Shown here one piece after another: positions 28,503-38,262 of a stretch of DNA of 64,000 nt; position 1 is the first letter of the stretch; each line of letters opens with the position of its first letter. The DNA comes from Bdellovibrionales bacterium. GTDB taxonomy: Bacteria; Bdellovibrionota; Bdellovibrionia; Bdellovibrionales; Bdellovibrionaceae. The stretch covers positions 160,234 through 224,233 of the forward strand of contig JANMPT010000024.1 in the NCBI GenBank assembly GCA_031370005.1, read 5' to 3'. Both the position numbers and the translations under genes were made by a program. A model generated the notes under the pieces. That model saw nothing but the letters and a program-made list of their open reading frames with translations. It was not told the DNA's origin and made no database searches.

Positions 28503-29549
28503 TTAAGAAGCCTTTTTAAGTGGTATTTTTGTTTGAACGCTTCTCTCCATAATCTTGCCCAGTTGAGTGATCTTTAACATCAACTCACTAAAATCACTGG
28601 GCAGTAGTGCTTGAGGTCCATCAGAAAGTGCCTCCTCAGGCTTATCATGGACCTCAATAATTAAGGAGTCTGCTCCAGCTGCCATTCCCGCCAAAGCCAT
28701 GGGAGCAACCAGGTGGCGATGGCCTGTTCCATGACTCGGATCAACAACGATAGGGAGATGAGTCAGGTTTTTTAGAATAGGAACCACATTTAAATCCAAA
28801 GTGTTTCTTGAATACTGCGTATCAAATGTTCTTATGCCGCGCTCACAAAGGATTACTTTATGGTTTCCGCCGGCAAGAATATATTCAGCACTCATAAGCC
28901 ATTCCTCGACGGTAGCTGACATTCCTCGTTTTAATAAAATTGGCTTATCAATTTTGCCAAGTTCTTTTAAAAGAGAAAAGTTTTGCATATTTCTAGCACC
29001 AATTTGAATGATATCTACGTAGTCCATCATCATATTGAGTCCATCCAGATCCATAGCTTCTGAAACAATGGGAAGTCCTGTTTGATCTGAAGCTTTTCTC
29101 AGAATTTTTAAACCTTCCAAGCCCATTCCCTGAAAAGCATAGGGAGAGCTTCTGGGTTTAAAAGCACCTCCGCGTATAACTGTAGCGCCAGCATTTTTAA
29201 CAGCATGTGCAATACGCAAAGTCTGGTCCTCACTTTCAACAGAGCAAGGTCCCGCCATTACACAAAAAGTATTTCTACCAAAATTAACGCCCTTAATATT
29301 GAACTCAGAGCCTTGGGGATTTGCAGCAAGAGACGCAAGTTTGAATGGCTTCGATACTCGCATCACACGCTCAATTTCGGGAAAAACCTCAAAAGCCGTT
29401 AAAGAAATTTTTTCAGTTTTTCCCAATACGCTCACCGTCATTTGATCTCTTCCCTCTACGATGTGAGGCATGCCTCCGAGGTCTTTGATTTTATTAACGA
29501 CGGCTTGTATTTGCTCTGGTTTCAGTCCTTTTTTTATAACGATGATCAT
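28503..29549 (-). CDS. aroF: DAHP synthase, type I-beta with N-terminal regulatory domain
   Basis: [33 protein letters not shown] and DPSHG motifs. Confidence 0.95.
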   Translation of the reverse strand: MIIVIKKGLKPEQIQAVVNKIKDLGGMPHIVEGRDQMTVSVLGKTEKISLTAFEVFPEIERVMRVSKPFKLASLAANPQGSEFNIKGVNFGRNTFCVMAGPCSVESEDQTLRIAHAVKNAGATVIRGGAFKPRSSPYAFQGMGLEGLKILRKASDQTGLPIVSEAMDLDGLNMMMDYVDIIQIGARNMQNFSLLKELGKIDKPILLKRGMSATVEEWLMSAEYILAGGNHKVILCERGIRTFDTQYSRNTLDLNVVPILKNLTHLPIVVDPSHGTGHRHLVAPMALAGMAAGADSLIIEVHDKPEEALSDGPQALLPSDFSELMLKITQLGKIMERSVQTKIPLKKAS

Positions 29550-30757
29550 TTGGCCTTCCTTTTTAGATATATACTTTCGTAAATTTGATGAGCTTTCGAG
29601 AACAAATCACGTAAGCTCTTAATATTTGATTTATTTTTTTTAATAGGATTATTTATTGACGGCACTTGTGATAAGTCTTCGTCAGTATTTAATGTTGCAA
29701 TAAGTGATTTAACGTCGTTTAAATTCCCTTCAAAATCATTGAGGGCCTTGATAAGATTTTTTTGATTTTTTCTAAAAACAGGATCCCACATTTTAAAATC
29801 AGATCCATTGAGTCGAAGGAGCTCCTTCGCGGCACTTGGAATCAGTTGTGACAAGTGGTGGAGATGGGTTTTTTCAAGAGTTAAACCTAAAGACATGGAT
29901 AAAAGCTGAAGTAGGTGACTTGTGTAGGCGAGACTCTCATTATGGATGTCACTCTTGGTTGCTAAAGATTCTGCGCCTAAAGAATTTGCCAAGCATTCTA
30001 TTGATGCGAGGGCCTCGGAGGAAATAAGTTCGGGATGAGTGATGCAAATAGTTTTTCCATAAAATAAATCGGATTGAGCTGATTGGTAGCCAGTGACCTC
30101 TTTCCCAGCCAATGGGTGAAAGCCGATGACATTGTTTATATGGTCCTGGTAACTGCCTAGATTTAGAGTAAGCTTGTTTTTTAATGCAAGCTGGGCGCCA
30201 AATTTATTATTGATATCTATAGGTGCTGCCAGAAATAAAAAATCAAGATCTTCTAATTGATGAATATTTACAATTTGAAAAGTGGATTTTGCATTGGCCT
30301 TATTCCAAGATTCGAACTCGGTGATTGCAAGATAAGGGTCGTATATGAGGAACTTCCATTGTGGGAATTGTTCGCGTAATGCCAAGGCTATGGAGGCGCC
30401 CATAAGTCCAAACCCTAAAAATCCAAAGCTACCCCTTGAGGAAATAATCTTGGATTCCCTTGCCGAATTGATAAGGGTTCTGGCTTTTTCGGTGTGCCGG
30501 TAAAAATCAATCATTTTCATGAAAAGCGTTTGAATTTCAGCGTCTTTAAGGTCGACGCGTTTGCTTTTTATGATTTTATCTAGAATTTGTTTTTCGCGAT
30601 TGGGATCGTGGATTTCATAGGAATGCTTTTTTTTCCATTCTCCAACTTTAAAAACCAGGGAGGCTCTTTCGTCGAATAATTGAATGAGCCTTTCATCAAC
30701 GACATCAATACAATCACGGAATTTTTGGAGAGTTTTGAGCTCTTCATCAGGTATCAT
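29546..30757 (-). CDS. tyrA: Chorismate mutase (AroQ) / TyrA-family dehydrogenase fusion
   Basis: N-terminal R..ID.VD..L..LF.ER...K...HDPNRE; then GFGLMG, HPLAG, TSHL and MW motifs. Start uncertain (30757 or GTG 30787). Confidence 0.82.
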   Translation of the reverse strand: MIPDEELKTLQKFRDCIDVVDERLIQLFDERASLVFKVGEWKKKHSYEIHDPNREKQILDKIIKSKRVDLKDAEIQTLFMKMIDFYRHTEKARTLINSARESKIISSRGSFGFLGFGLMGASIALALREQFPQWKFLIYDPYLAITEFESWNKANAKSTFQIVNIHQLEDLDFLFLAAPIDINNKFGAQLALKNKLTLNLGSYQDHINNVIGFHPLAGKEVTGYQSAQSDLFYGKTICITHPELISSEALASIECLANSLGAESLATKSDIHNESLAYTSHLLQLLSMSLGLTLEKTHLHHLSQLIPSAAKELLRLNGSDFKMWDPVFRKNQKNLIKALNDFEGNLNDVKSLIATLNTDEDLSQVPSINNPIKKNKSNIKSLRDLFSKAHQIYESIYLKRKAK

Positions 30758-30825
30758 ATTAATGGCTAAATTTTTTAAATGATTCACTTTTTTTCCACGA
30801 AAAGGTTTAAGCATCCCCCAATTGC

Positions 30826-30852
30826 TTTTCGGCAGAAAAAAAAGAAAACTCA
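30826..30852 (-). promoter_or_regulatory. sigma28-like promoter driving the aro block
   Basis: Minus strand TGAG-N15-GCCGAAAA. Confidence 0.4.
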
Positions 30853-30854
30853 AT

Positions 30855-30878
30855 ACCTTTGTCTGAACCTTTGTCCGA
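30855..30878. repeat. 12-bp tandem direct repeat
   Basis: ACCTTTGTCTGA ACCTTTGTCCGA. Confidence 0.6.
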
Positions 30879-30903
30879 AAAAACAGAAATTAATGGCGAA
30901 GAT

Positions 30904-30918
30904 ATCTCACTTTGAGAC
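30904..30918. promoter_or_regulatory. GTCTCA-N3-TGAGAC palindrome copy
   Basis: ATCTCACTTTGAGAC (1 mismatch) in the divergent aro/mraY spacer. Confidence 0.45.
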
Positions 30919-31079
30919 ATGAGAGCAGCCACTGTTAAGCGTACCGATTCCAATAAGCGCTAAATATGAGCAATTTCAATATGTTATAAAGATTTTCTTG
31001 CTTTTTGTTTTGCATTTGTGTTACACAACCAAAGTCCAACACAAACTAGCATAATCTTTAAAAAAGGATTTTCGAAAAA

Positions 31080-32156
31080 ATGCTTTATCAGTGGCTCTAT
31101 TCTTTCGCGGATCATTTTTCCCCTTTGAACATCTTTCGCTATATTACGGTTCGTACTTTTATTTCTTTTTTCACTTCGTTTTTCATGGCCTGGATGTGGG
31201 GTCCTTACTTTATTAATCGCCTAAAAGAAAAGCATTTTGCTCAAAATATTCGTGATGACGGGCCTCAAACCCACATGATAAAAGCCGGAACTCCAACTAT
31301 GGGCGGTGGCTTGATTTTATTAAGTGCTTTAGTGCCCTGTCTGTTATGGGTGGATTTGTTGAGTCCTTTAGTTTTGGCCGTTATCGCGGTGACTCTTGGG
31401 TTTGGCCTGATCGGCTACGTGGATGACTATTTAAAGGTTAGCAAGAAAAACTCAAAAGGCTTAGCTGGTAAAACTCGGCTTTTGGGAGAGTTTTTAATTT
31501 CGGGAGTCACGGTTTTTGTTTTGGTTCACTTCTTTGAGCTTTCGACTGTGGTTGCTGTACCTTTTATAAAAACTCTGAACATTGATTTGGGTTATTACTA
31601 TGTATTTTTCGCCGCCCTTGTGATTACAGGGACAGCAAACGCTGTGAATCTGACTGACGGCCTTGATGGATTGGCAATTGTCCCAGTGATTATTTCTGCA
31701 AGTACTTTGGGTTTGTTTTCATATGTTGTTGGTCATTATTCGATTGCGACTTATTTGCAAATTCCTCACGTGGTTGGGGCCGGAGAATTGGCTCCGCTGG
31801 CTGCAGCTATGGTAGCGGCAGGCCTTGGTTTTCTGTGGTTTAATACTTATCCCGCACAGGTTTTCATGGGTGACGTTGGCAGTCTCAGTATCGGTGGTTT
31901 CCTTGGAATAATGGCGGTCATTACCCGCAATGAGCTTTTGATGATTATTTTAGGTGGAGTTTTCGTTGTTGAGGCTCTTTCGGTGATCACTCAGGTGGTT
32001 TCATTTAAGCTCACTGGCAAAAGAGTTTTCAAGATGGCACCAATCCATCATCATTTCGAGTTAAAAGGTCTCACGGAAACCAAGATCATTGTTCGTTTTT
32101 GGATCATATCTATTTTATTAGCAGTACTAAGTCTTGCGACTTTAAAATTGAGGTAA
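31080..32156 (+). CDS. mraY: Phospho-MurNAc-pentapeptide transferase
   Basis: [23 protein letters not shown] and APIHHHFE motifs. Confidence 0.98.
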   Translation: MLYQWLYSFADHFSPLNIFRYITVRTFISFFTSFFMAWMWGPYFINRLKEKHFAQNIRDDGPQTHMIKAGTPTMGGGLILLSALVPCLLWVDLLSPLVLAVIAVTLGFGLIGYVDDYLKVSKKNSKGLAGKTRLLGEFLISGVTVFVLVHFFELSTVVAVPFIKTLNIDLGYYYVFFAALVITGTANAVNLTDGLDGLAIVPVIISASTLGLFSYVVGHYSIATYLQIPHVVGAGELAPLAAAMVAAGLGFLWFNTYPAQVFMGDVGSLSIGGFLGIMAVITRNELLMIILGGVFVVEALSVITQVVSFKLTGKRVFKMAPIHHHFELKGLTETKIIVRFWIISILLAVLSLATLKLR

Positions 32157-32160
32157 GGAC

Positions 32161-33549
32161 ATGTTCAGAGAAGTAAGTGAATTGAAAGATAAAAGAATTC
32201 TTATTGTTGGTTTAGGAAAAACAGGTGTTAGTCTTGCACATTTTTTGTGTAAACACGAAGCGCAGGTAACTGTGACGGACCACAAATCAAAGCCTGAGCT
32301 GTCTACTCAACTTGAGCAGTGTGATGGGCTTTTAGTTAAGTTTGATCTTGGTGGACACAGTCCGAAGACTTTCTTGCAGCAAGATCTTGTGATTTTGAGC
32401 CCAGGGGTTCCTTCGAATTTAAAAATTTTCGATTATGCTCGCAGCCAAGGAATTAAAATTACTGGAGAGTTCGAGTTTAGTGCGGGCTTCATTAAAGAGC
32501 CTATCGTGGGGGTCACTGGAACCAATGGCAAAACGACAGTAGCTCGACTAGTGGAAGCTTTTTTGAATAAATCTGGCATTAAGGCATGGGTTGGTGGCGC
32601 GAGTGAAAAGCCGCTTGTTGAGTACTTGCGCTCTGATGACAAGGCTCAAGTTGTTGTTGCTGAAGTTTCTAGCTTTATGTTGGAGCATGGTGAGAGTTTC
32701 AATCCAATGAACGTGGTATTTACGAATCTGGCAGAAAATCATTTGGATCGTTATCGTTCGATGGAAGAGTATGTGAATGCTAAACGTCGGATTTTTAAAA
32801 ATACGAACCAGGCAACAACCAGCATTTTGAATGCGGATGACAACGCGGTGGTGGAGTTGGCTCGTGATCCACAAGTTCAGCGTGGACGTATTTTTTACTT
32901 CTCCCGTAAGCCAGCTTTAGAGCCTCAGATCATGAACATCGGTGGAGCAGTGAATATTGGTGACGAGATTCGTGTGCGCACCGGTCCAGATGTTGAGCTC
33001 TATACGATCAAAAATATGAAGATGAGAGGCAAGCATAACGTTGAAAATTTGATGGCAGCAATCTTGGCAGCACGTGAACACGGCGCAACCCATGAAGCAA
33101 TTCAGGCTGTAATAAATAGCTTTGCAAATCTTCCCCACCGCCTTGAGTATGTTCGTAAGGTTGGCGGAGTCCAGTTCTACAATGACTCTAAGGCAACAAA
33201 CGTTCATGCAGCTCTTCGCGCATTGGATACTTTTGATGAGAACGTGATCCTGATTGCTGGTGGCAAAGATACTAATCTAAACTATGAGCCTTTGCGCAGC
33301 GTCGTGAAGCGCAAGGTTAAGACCTTGATCCTGGTTGGCGAGGCCAAAGAGCGCATCAACCGCGAGTTGGGTGACTATAGTGAAACTTTCTTGATCGGAA
33401 CTTTTGAGGAGGCGGTTTTGATTGCCTATCAGAAGTCGAGAATCGGCGACATCATTCTGCTTTCCCCAAGCTGTTCAAGCTTTGATATGTTTGATAGCTT
33501 TGAAGAGCGTGGTGATTACTTTAAAGAGATCGTCAAAAAGTTCAAGTAG
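32161..33549 (+). CDS. murD: UDP-MurNAc-L-Ala--D-Glu ligase
   Basis: GLGKTG, SPGV, GTNGKTT, HLDRY, NDSKATN and ERG motifs. Confidence 0.96.
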   Translation: MFREVSELKDKRILIVGLGKTGVSLAHFLCKHEAQVTVTDHKSKPELSTQLEQCDGLLVKFDLGGHSPKTFLQQDLVILSPGVPSNLKIFDYARSQGIKITGEFEFSAGFIKEPIVGVTGTNGKTTVARLVEAFLNKSGIKAWVGGASEKPLVEYLRSDDKAQVVVAEVSSFMLEHGESFNPMNVVFTNLAENHLDRYRSMEEYVNAKRRIFKNTNQATTSILNADDNAVVELARDPQVQRGRIFYFSRKPALEPQIMNIGGAVNIGDEIRVRTGPDVELYTIKNMKMRGKHNVENLMAAILAAREHGATHEAIQAVINSFANLPHRLEYVRKVGGVQFYNDSKATNVHAALRALDTFDENVILIAGGKDTNLNYEPLRSVVKRKVKTLILVGEAKERINRELGDYSETFLIGTFEEAVLIAYQKSRIGDIILLSPSCSSFDMFDSFEERGDYFKEIVKKFK

Positions 33550-33617
33550 TCCAGTTTTTATCTGATTACAAGACGAGGCGTACTCCCTCAGCTTAAAGTA
33601 AAGCAGAGGAGTTTCGC

Positions 33618-34766
33618 ATGCTTCGCTATCTTTCGAGTAGTCTTTTTTTGTCTATTATTGCTTTGATCGGAATCGGCTTGGTTCAGGTCTATAGCTCGAG
33701 TTATATTTTTGCCATTGAGTCCTATGGCGACGGGCTCTATTTCTTCAAAAAGCAATTGGTCTTCGCGCTGATTGCTTTTGTGTCCTTAATCGGAGCCGTT
33801 CACATTCCATTTAAGTATGTTGAAAAATTTGGTTGGTTGATGTGGTTGGGATCGGCGGTTCTGGTATTAGCAACTTTTATTCCAGGAGTAGGGGTACGCG
33901 TTGGCGGGGCCATTCGCTGGATTCAACTTCCAATGGGAATTCGCTTTGAGCCGGCAGAGCTTTTAAAAATTTCATTCAGTCTTCTTTTTGCAAGTCTGCT
34001 TTGTCGTCAAAACAATTTCTTGGCGAAATTAAAGTGGCCAGTTTTGGCGCTAGCAGTTTTGGTTCCTTTAGCTCTTCTTTTGAAGCAACCAGACTTTGGT
34101 AGCTTTGCTATCATTTTGATGGTGGGAGGCGGGCTGCTTTTTGCGTTCGGTCTACGCTGGAGATATATCGTGGCAGCAGTCACTGTTACGTTACCGGCAG
34201 TTTACTTTCTTGTGATGGCAGTTCCCTACCGCCGAGCCCGTGTCTTGGCTTTCTTGGATCCCTGGTCTGACCCTGCTTCAAAAGGTTTCCAAGTTATCCA
34301 GAGCATGCTGAGTTTCCATTCGGGTGGTCTAACTGGGGCTGGCATTGGGCAAGGACAAGGCAAGCTGTTTTTTCTACCAGAGGCGCATACAGATTTTACC
34401 TTGGCCGTCTTCGGAGAGGAGATGGGCTTTATTGGATTTCTGATCATCTTGAGTCTTTATGGCTTTGTAGTGATGCGTGGAATTCAAATCGCAGTAAAGG
34501 TGGAGGATCCGTTTAAGAAATCCATGGTATTGGGATTAACTCTTTCTTTTGCGCTATCTGTATTTATTAACGCCGGAGTGGTGATGGGGCTTTTGCCTAC
34601 CAAGGGTTTAACTTTACCATTTTTAAGTTATGGCGGCAGTTCATTGGTGGTTTTGTGTTTTACATTCGGTTTGATTTTAAATGTTGAAAATTCGTTGGGC
34701 CTGGGGGATTTTTCTCGAAAATTCGGGAAAGCTCGATGGGACCAATCAAAGGTAAAGAAATCATGA
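33618..34766 (+). CDS. ftsW: Septal SEDS polymerase FtsW
   Basis: QPDFG, LPEAHTDF, EEMG and LPFLSYGGSS motifs. Confidence 0.96.
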   Translation: MLRYLSSSLFLSIIALIGIGLVQVYSSSYIFAIESYGDGLYFFKKQLVFALIAFVSLIGAVHIPFKYVEKFGWLMWLGSAVLVLATFIPGVGVRVGGAIRWIQLPMGIRFEPAELLKISFSLLFASLLCRQNNFLAKLKWPVLALAVLVPLALLLKQPDFGSFAIILMVGGGLLFAFGLRWRYIVAAVTVTLPAVYFLVMAVPYRRARVLAFLDPWSDPASKGFQVIQSMLSFHSGGLTGAGIGQGQGKLFFLPEAHTDFTLAVFGEEMGFIGFLIILSLYGFVVMRGIQIAVKVEDPFKKSMVLGLTLSFALSVFINAGVVMGLLPTKGLTLPFLSYGGSSLVVLCFTFGLILNVENSLGLGDFSRKFGKARWDQSKVKKS

Positions 34767-35854
34767 GTAAAAAAAATGTGGTGATTGCTGGCGGTGGTAC
34801 CGGTGGTCACATTTATCCTGGTATTGCCATTGCTCGTGCTATTAAAGCTCAACATCCTGACTATGAAGTTCATTTTGTGGGAACACTTGCTGGTCTAGAG
34901 AACAAGATTGTACCCCGCGAGGGTTTTCCTCTTCATCATATAAGCATCGGTAAACTAAACCATGCCGGTAGCCTTAAAAGCAAAATTATGACGATTCTTG
35001 GATTTCCGAGGGCCTTTGTCCAATGCATTGCTTTGTTGATGGAATTAAAGCCGCAGGCGGTTCTTGGAGTGGGCGGTTATGCCTCTGGTCCTTTTGTACT
35101 TGTTGCCAGTATGTTAGGCTTTCGGACGGCGATCTGGGAGCCTAATGCTTTTCCAGGAATGACCAACCGTTGGTTATCGCGGGTAGTTGGTAAAAGCTTT
35201 GTTGTTTTTGAGGAGGCCGCGAAGTTTTTAAAAAGCGGAGCTATTTCCCAAGTGGGTCTTCCAATTCGTAAAGAGGTGGAAGCGCTTGCAAAAAAAGAAA
35301 CTCCAGTAAATATCGGGAAAGAGAGACAAGAATTTCATATTCTTGTCTTTGGCGGAAGCCAGGGTGCTCGTAGTATTAATACGGCCGTACAAGCGGCAGT
35401 ATTAATGGGGGGCGAGTGGCTAAGCAATACAAAGATAATTCATCAAACAGGCTCTGCAGATTATGCAAATGTCTTAAAGGCATATGAGGGGCTTGACCAG
35501 GTTGAAACTCATGAATATCTCTATCAGATGGAAAAAAGCTACGAATGGGCAGATCTTGTTATTTGCCGCGCTGGAGCAAGCACTGTTGCCGAGGTGGCTG
35601 CATGTGGAAAACCAGCAATTTTTATTCCACTTCCATGGGCTGCGGATGATCATCAGCGTAAAAATGTCGAGGCTTTGCTTGAGCAGAAGGCGGCGTCAAT
35701 GATTCTTCAAGAGGATCTCACGCCAGAGTTTTTGATACAGAAGATTGTATCTTTGAAAAAGGATTCACAATCTCGCGAAGAAATGAGAAAAAACCTTGCG
35801 AAGTTCTACAAACCGCAGGCAGCAGAGAAAATGGCCGAACTTTTATTAGGCTAA
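34763..35854 (+). CDS. murG: Lipid II GlcNAc transferase
   Basis: GGGTGGHIYP, GGYAS, GGSQGA and RAGASTVAE motifs; ATG 34763 overlaps the ftsW stop. Confidence 0.97.
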   Translation: MSKKNVVIAGGGTGGHIYPGIAIARAIKAQHPDYEVHFVGTLAGLENKIVPREGFPLHHISIGKLNHAGSLKSKIMTILGFPRAFVQCIALLMELKPQAVLGVGGYASGPFVLVASMLGFRTAIWEPNAFPGMTNRWLSRVVGKSFVVFEEAAKFLKSGAISQVGLPIRKEVEALAKKETPVNIGKERQEFHILVFGGSQGARSINTAVQAAVLMGGEWLSNTKIIHQTGSADYANVLKAYEGLDQVETHEYLYQMEKSYEWADLVICRAGASTVAEVAACGKPAIFIPLPWAADDHQRKNVEALLEQKAASMILQEDLTPEFLIQKIVSLKKDSQSREEMRKNLAKFYKPQAAEKMAELLLG

Positions 35855-35873
35855 AACTAAGTCAGGGATATTC

Positions 35874-37235
35874 ATGCATTTACAAAAATCAAAGTTTCAT
35901 TTTGTGGGTATTGGCGGAATAGGGATGTGTGGCCTGGCCGAATTACTTAACAATATGGGCGCCGTTGTTTCTGGAAGTGATTTGTTGGAAAATGCCAATA
36001 CGGAGCGCTTGAAAGCCTTAGGGCTTAAGATATTTAAGGATCACTTGGCCGTGAATGTGGGCGATGCGGACGTGGTTGTTTACTCTAGCGCTATTCAGTA
36101 TTCGAATCCTGAAATTGCGGAAGCAAGAGCCAAGCAAATTCCTTTGATTCCACGCGCGGAAGCTCTGGCGGAAATCATGCGCCTTAAACGTGGTATTGCT
36201 GTTGCGGGAACTCATGGGAAAACGACGACCACGAGCATGACATCAGCAATTTTTCTTGAGGCTGATTTGAAACCGACAATTGTGGTGGGGGGGCGTTTTG
36301 AGCTTATTAAGTCCACGGCGCTTCTTGGCAGTGGCGAGTGGCTCGTGGCAGAGGCGGATGAAAGCGATGGAAGTTTTCACAAGCTAAGTCCTGAGATTGC
36401 CATTATTACTAATATCGATTCGGATCATTTAGATCACTTTAAAACTTTTGATAACTTGCAAAAGTCTTTCTATGATTTTGCCTTGCGTGTTCCATTTTAC
36501 GGCACCAGCATTATCTGTGGTGATGATTTAAAGGTACATGCGCTTTTCGAGAACTTCCCAAAGCGAGCTCACTTCTATGGCTTTGAGGAAAAGAATGACA
36601 TTGTTTTGCAAGGGGGGCAGGGGAAATACACCCTTTTCCGTCGTGATTACAAATCAGGTGAAAAAACCAAACTTGGGAATTTTCAGCTTAAAATTCCAGG
36701 GCGTCACAATGCGCTGAATGCCACAGCAGCTATTTTAGCGGGGCTTGCAGCGGGAATTGATTTTGCGACATGCGCAAAAGCGCTTCTACGCTTTGAGGGA
36801 GTGGATCGACGATTCCACTTTAAAGGCGAGAAAAGGGGCATTCGCATTTACGATGACTATGGCCACCATCCAACTGAGGTGAGAGCCGTCTTGCAAGCCT
36901 TTAGAGAAAAATATCCCGAAAGTCGCTTGGTAGTTTTTTTTCAACCGCATCGATTTTCCAGAACTCAGCATTGTTGGCATGATTTCACCACGTGTTTTAA
37001 TCAGGCCGATGAAGTCTTAGTGGCTGATATTTATCCAGCAGGGGAGGCTCCGATTCCTGGCGTTCACTCAGAAAAATTAGTTAAAGAAATGAAACATGAA
37101 AGGGCAGAGTATTTCCTGAAGACCCCTCAGTCTTCGGACATAATCCTAAGCCGTTTGCAATCCGGAGATGTCTTCATCACCCTCGGTGCTGGCGACGGCT
37201 GGAAGCTCGGCCTCGAAGTCTTAAACAAACTTTAG
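35874..37235 (+). CDS. murC: UDP-MurNAc--L-Ala ligase
   Basis: GIGGIGM, GTHGKTTT, EADESD, DDYGHHPTE and QPHR motifs. Confidence 0.97.
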   Translation: MHLQKSKFHFVGIGGIGMCGLAELLNNMGAVVSGSDLLENANTERLKALGLKIFKDHLAVNVGDADVVVYSSAIQYSNPEIAEARAKQIPLIPRAEALAEIMRLKRGIAVAGTHGKTTTTSMTSAIFLEADLKPTIVVGGRFELIKSTALLGSGEWLVAEADESDGSFHKLSPEIAIITNIDSDHLDHFKTFDNLQKSFYDFALRVPFYGTSIICGDDLKVHALFENFPKRAHFYGFEEKNDIVLQGGQGKYTLFRRDYKSGEKTKLGNFQLKIPGRHNALNATAAILAGLAAGIDFATCAKALLRFEGVDRRFHFKGEKRGIRIYDDYGHHPTEVRAVLQAFREKYPESRLVVFFQPHRFSRTQHCWHDFTTCFNQADEVLVADIYPAGEAPIPGVHSEKLVKEMKHERAEYFLKTPQSSDIILSRLQSGDVFITLGAGDGWKLGLEVLNKL

Positions 37236-37255
37236 GTACGCCGTACCTTTTTCGG
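37234..37255. repeat. Short REP-like palindrome related to 13461-13515
   Basis: AGGTACG-C-CGTACCT then TTTTCGG; shares AGGTACG and GCCGTACCTTTT with the long palindrome. Confidence 0.55.
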
Positions 37256-37265
37256 ATGCAGTGCA

Positions 37266-38162
37266 ATGGAAATAAGGCAGAAAGTCTCATTAGCGGAATA
37301 CACGTCTTTGCTGGTCGGTGGGGCGGCAGAGTTTTTTTGTCTTCCAGAAAATGAAGTGGACGTTAAAGAGGCCATATTGTGGGCTCACGATAATAGAAAG
37401 CCCATTACTGTTTTTGGCGGCGGCACAAATATTTTGATTTCAGATGAGGGTATTCGTGGCCTCGTGATGTGTTTGCGTAGATTTTCAAGAATTGAAAGCA
37501 AGGAAGTGGATGGCCGTTTGGAAATTACAGCCTTGGCGGGCACCGGCAAATCTGAGCTCCTGAAATTATTCCTTAAACACAAACTTTCGCCAGCACTATT
37601 TCTTGCAGGCCTTCCTGGAGATGTTGGCGGTGGCGTAGTAATGAACGCAGGAGTAGCTGAAGACCTTGAGCCTAGGGAGTTCGTGGAAATCATAGATTGG
37701 GTGGAAGTCCTCCGCCTGGTTGATGGACAATTTTCCACCCATAGATTCGCTAAAGATCAAATTCATTGGGAATACCGTCACTCTAAAGGCTGGCAGCCGG
37801 GAGTAATCACTCGTGTTGGAGTTAGCTGGCCCATGGAGGCCGAGCCTTCAATTCTTGAGCAAGTTCGTAATGCCAATCGGGTCCGCCTTTCAAAACAACC
37901 TTTGGATTTGCCAAGCTGTGGTTCGGTATTTAGAAATCCCATGGGGCAAAAAGCCGCACAGTTAATTGATGGTTGCGGTCTTAAGGGCTTTAAAGTCGGG
38001 GATGCAGAAGTCTCTTTGAAGCATGCAAATTTTATTGTGAACACCGGAGAGGCAAAGGCCAAGGATATATGGAGCGTGATTGAGCACGTTCGCAATACAG
38101 TAAAAAAACTAAAAAGTATTGAGCTGCAAACCGAGGTCGTCCGTTTGGGTGAGTGGGAATAG
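37266..38162 (+). CDS. murB: UDP-N-acetylenolpyruvoylglucosamine reductase
   Basis: GGGTNILI, PG.VGG.V.MNAG, QP..PSCGSVFRNP and HANF motifs. Confidence 0.96.
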   Translation: MEIRQKVSLAEYTSLLVGGAAEFFCLPENEVDVKEAILWAHDNRKPITVFGGGTNILISDEGIRGLVMCLRRFSRIESKEVDGRLEITALAGTGKSELLKLFLKHKLSPALFLAGLPGDVGGGVVMNAGVAEDLEPREFVEIIDWVEVLRLVDGQFSTHRFAKDQIHWEYRHSKGWQPGVITRVGVSWPMEAEPSILEQVRNANRVRLSKQPLDLPSCGSVFRNPMGQKAAQLIDGCGLKGFKVGDAEVSLKHANFIVNTGEAKAKDIWSVIEHVRNTVKKLKSIELQTEVVRLGEWE

Positions 38163-38210
38163 TTCTGAAGCGCCTGACGCCGGTCCAAAGTCCGGCCGAA
38201 TGAAATGCTT

Positions 38211-38239
38211 TTAAATCCTGGCGTTAGCTTTGCTACACT
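38211..38239 (+). promoter_or_regulatory. Putative internal sigma70 promoter for ftsQAZ
   Basis: TTAAAT-N17-TACACT with TG extension. Confidence 0.3.
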
Positions 38240-38262
38240 AGAGCCATTAGTGAGGTCGCCGT

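Noticed and set aside
25006..30757. Known secondary-metabolite cluster (AHBA, p-aminophenylalanine, phenazine, mycosporine)
   Set aside because: No ADC synthase, AHBA synthase, Phz, O-methyltransferase, ATP-grasp, NRPS or PKS genes; AroA and AroB motifs fit primary shikimate enzymes
30758..30853. N-terminal extension of CM-TyrA from the ORF track (likewise the upstream starts given for pirin, ftsL, murG, NUDIX, hemB, the response regulator and hemH)
   Set aside because: Downstream starts have better RBSs or stop/start coupling, and the extensions overlap promoter-like DNA or neighbouring genes
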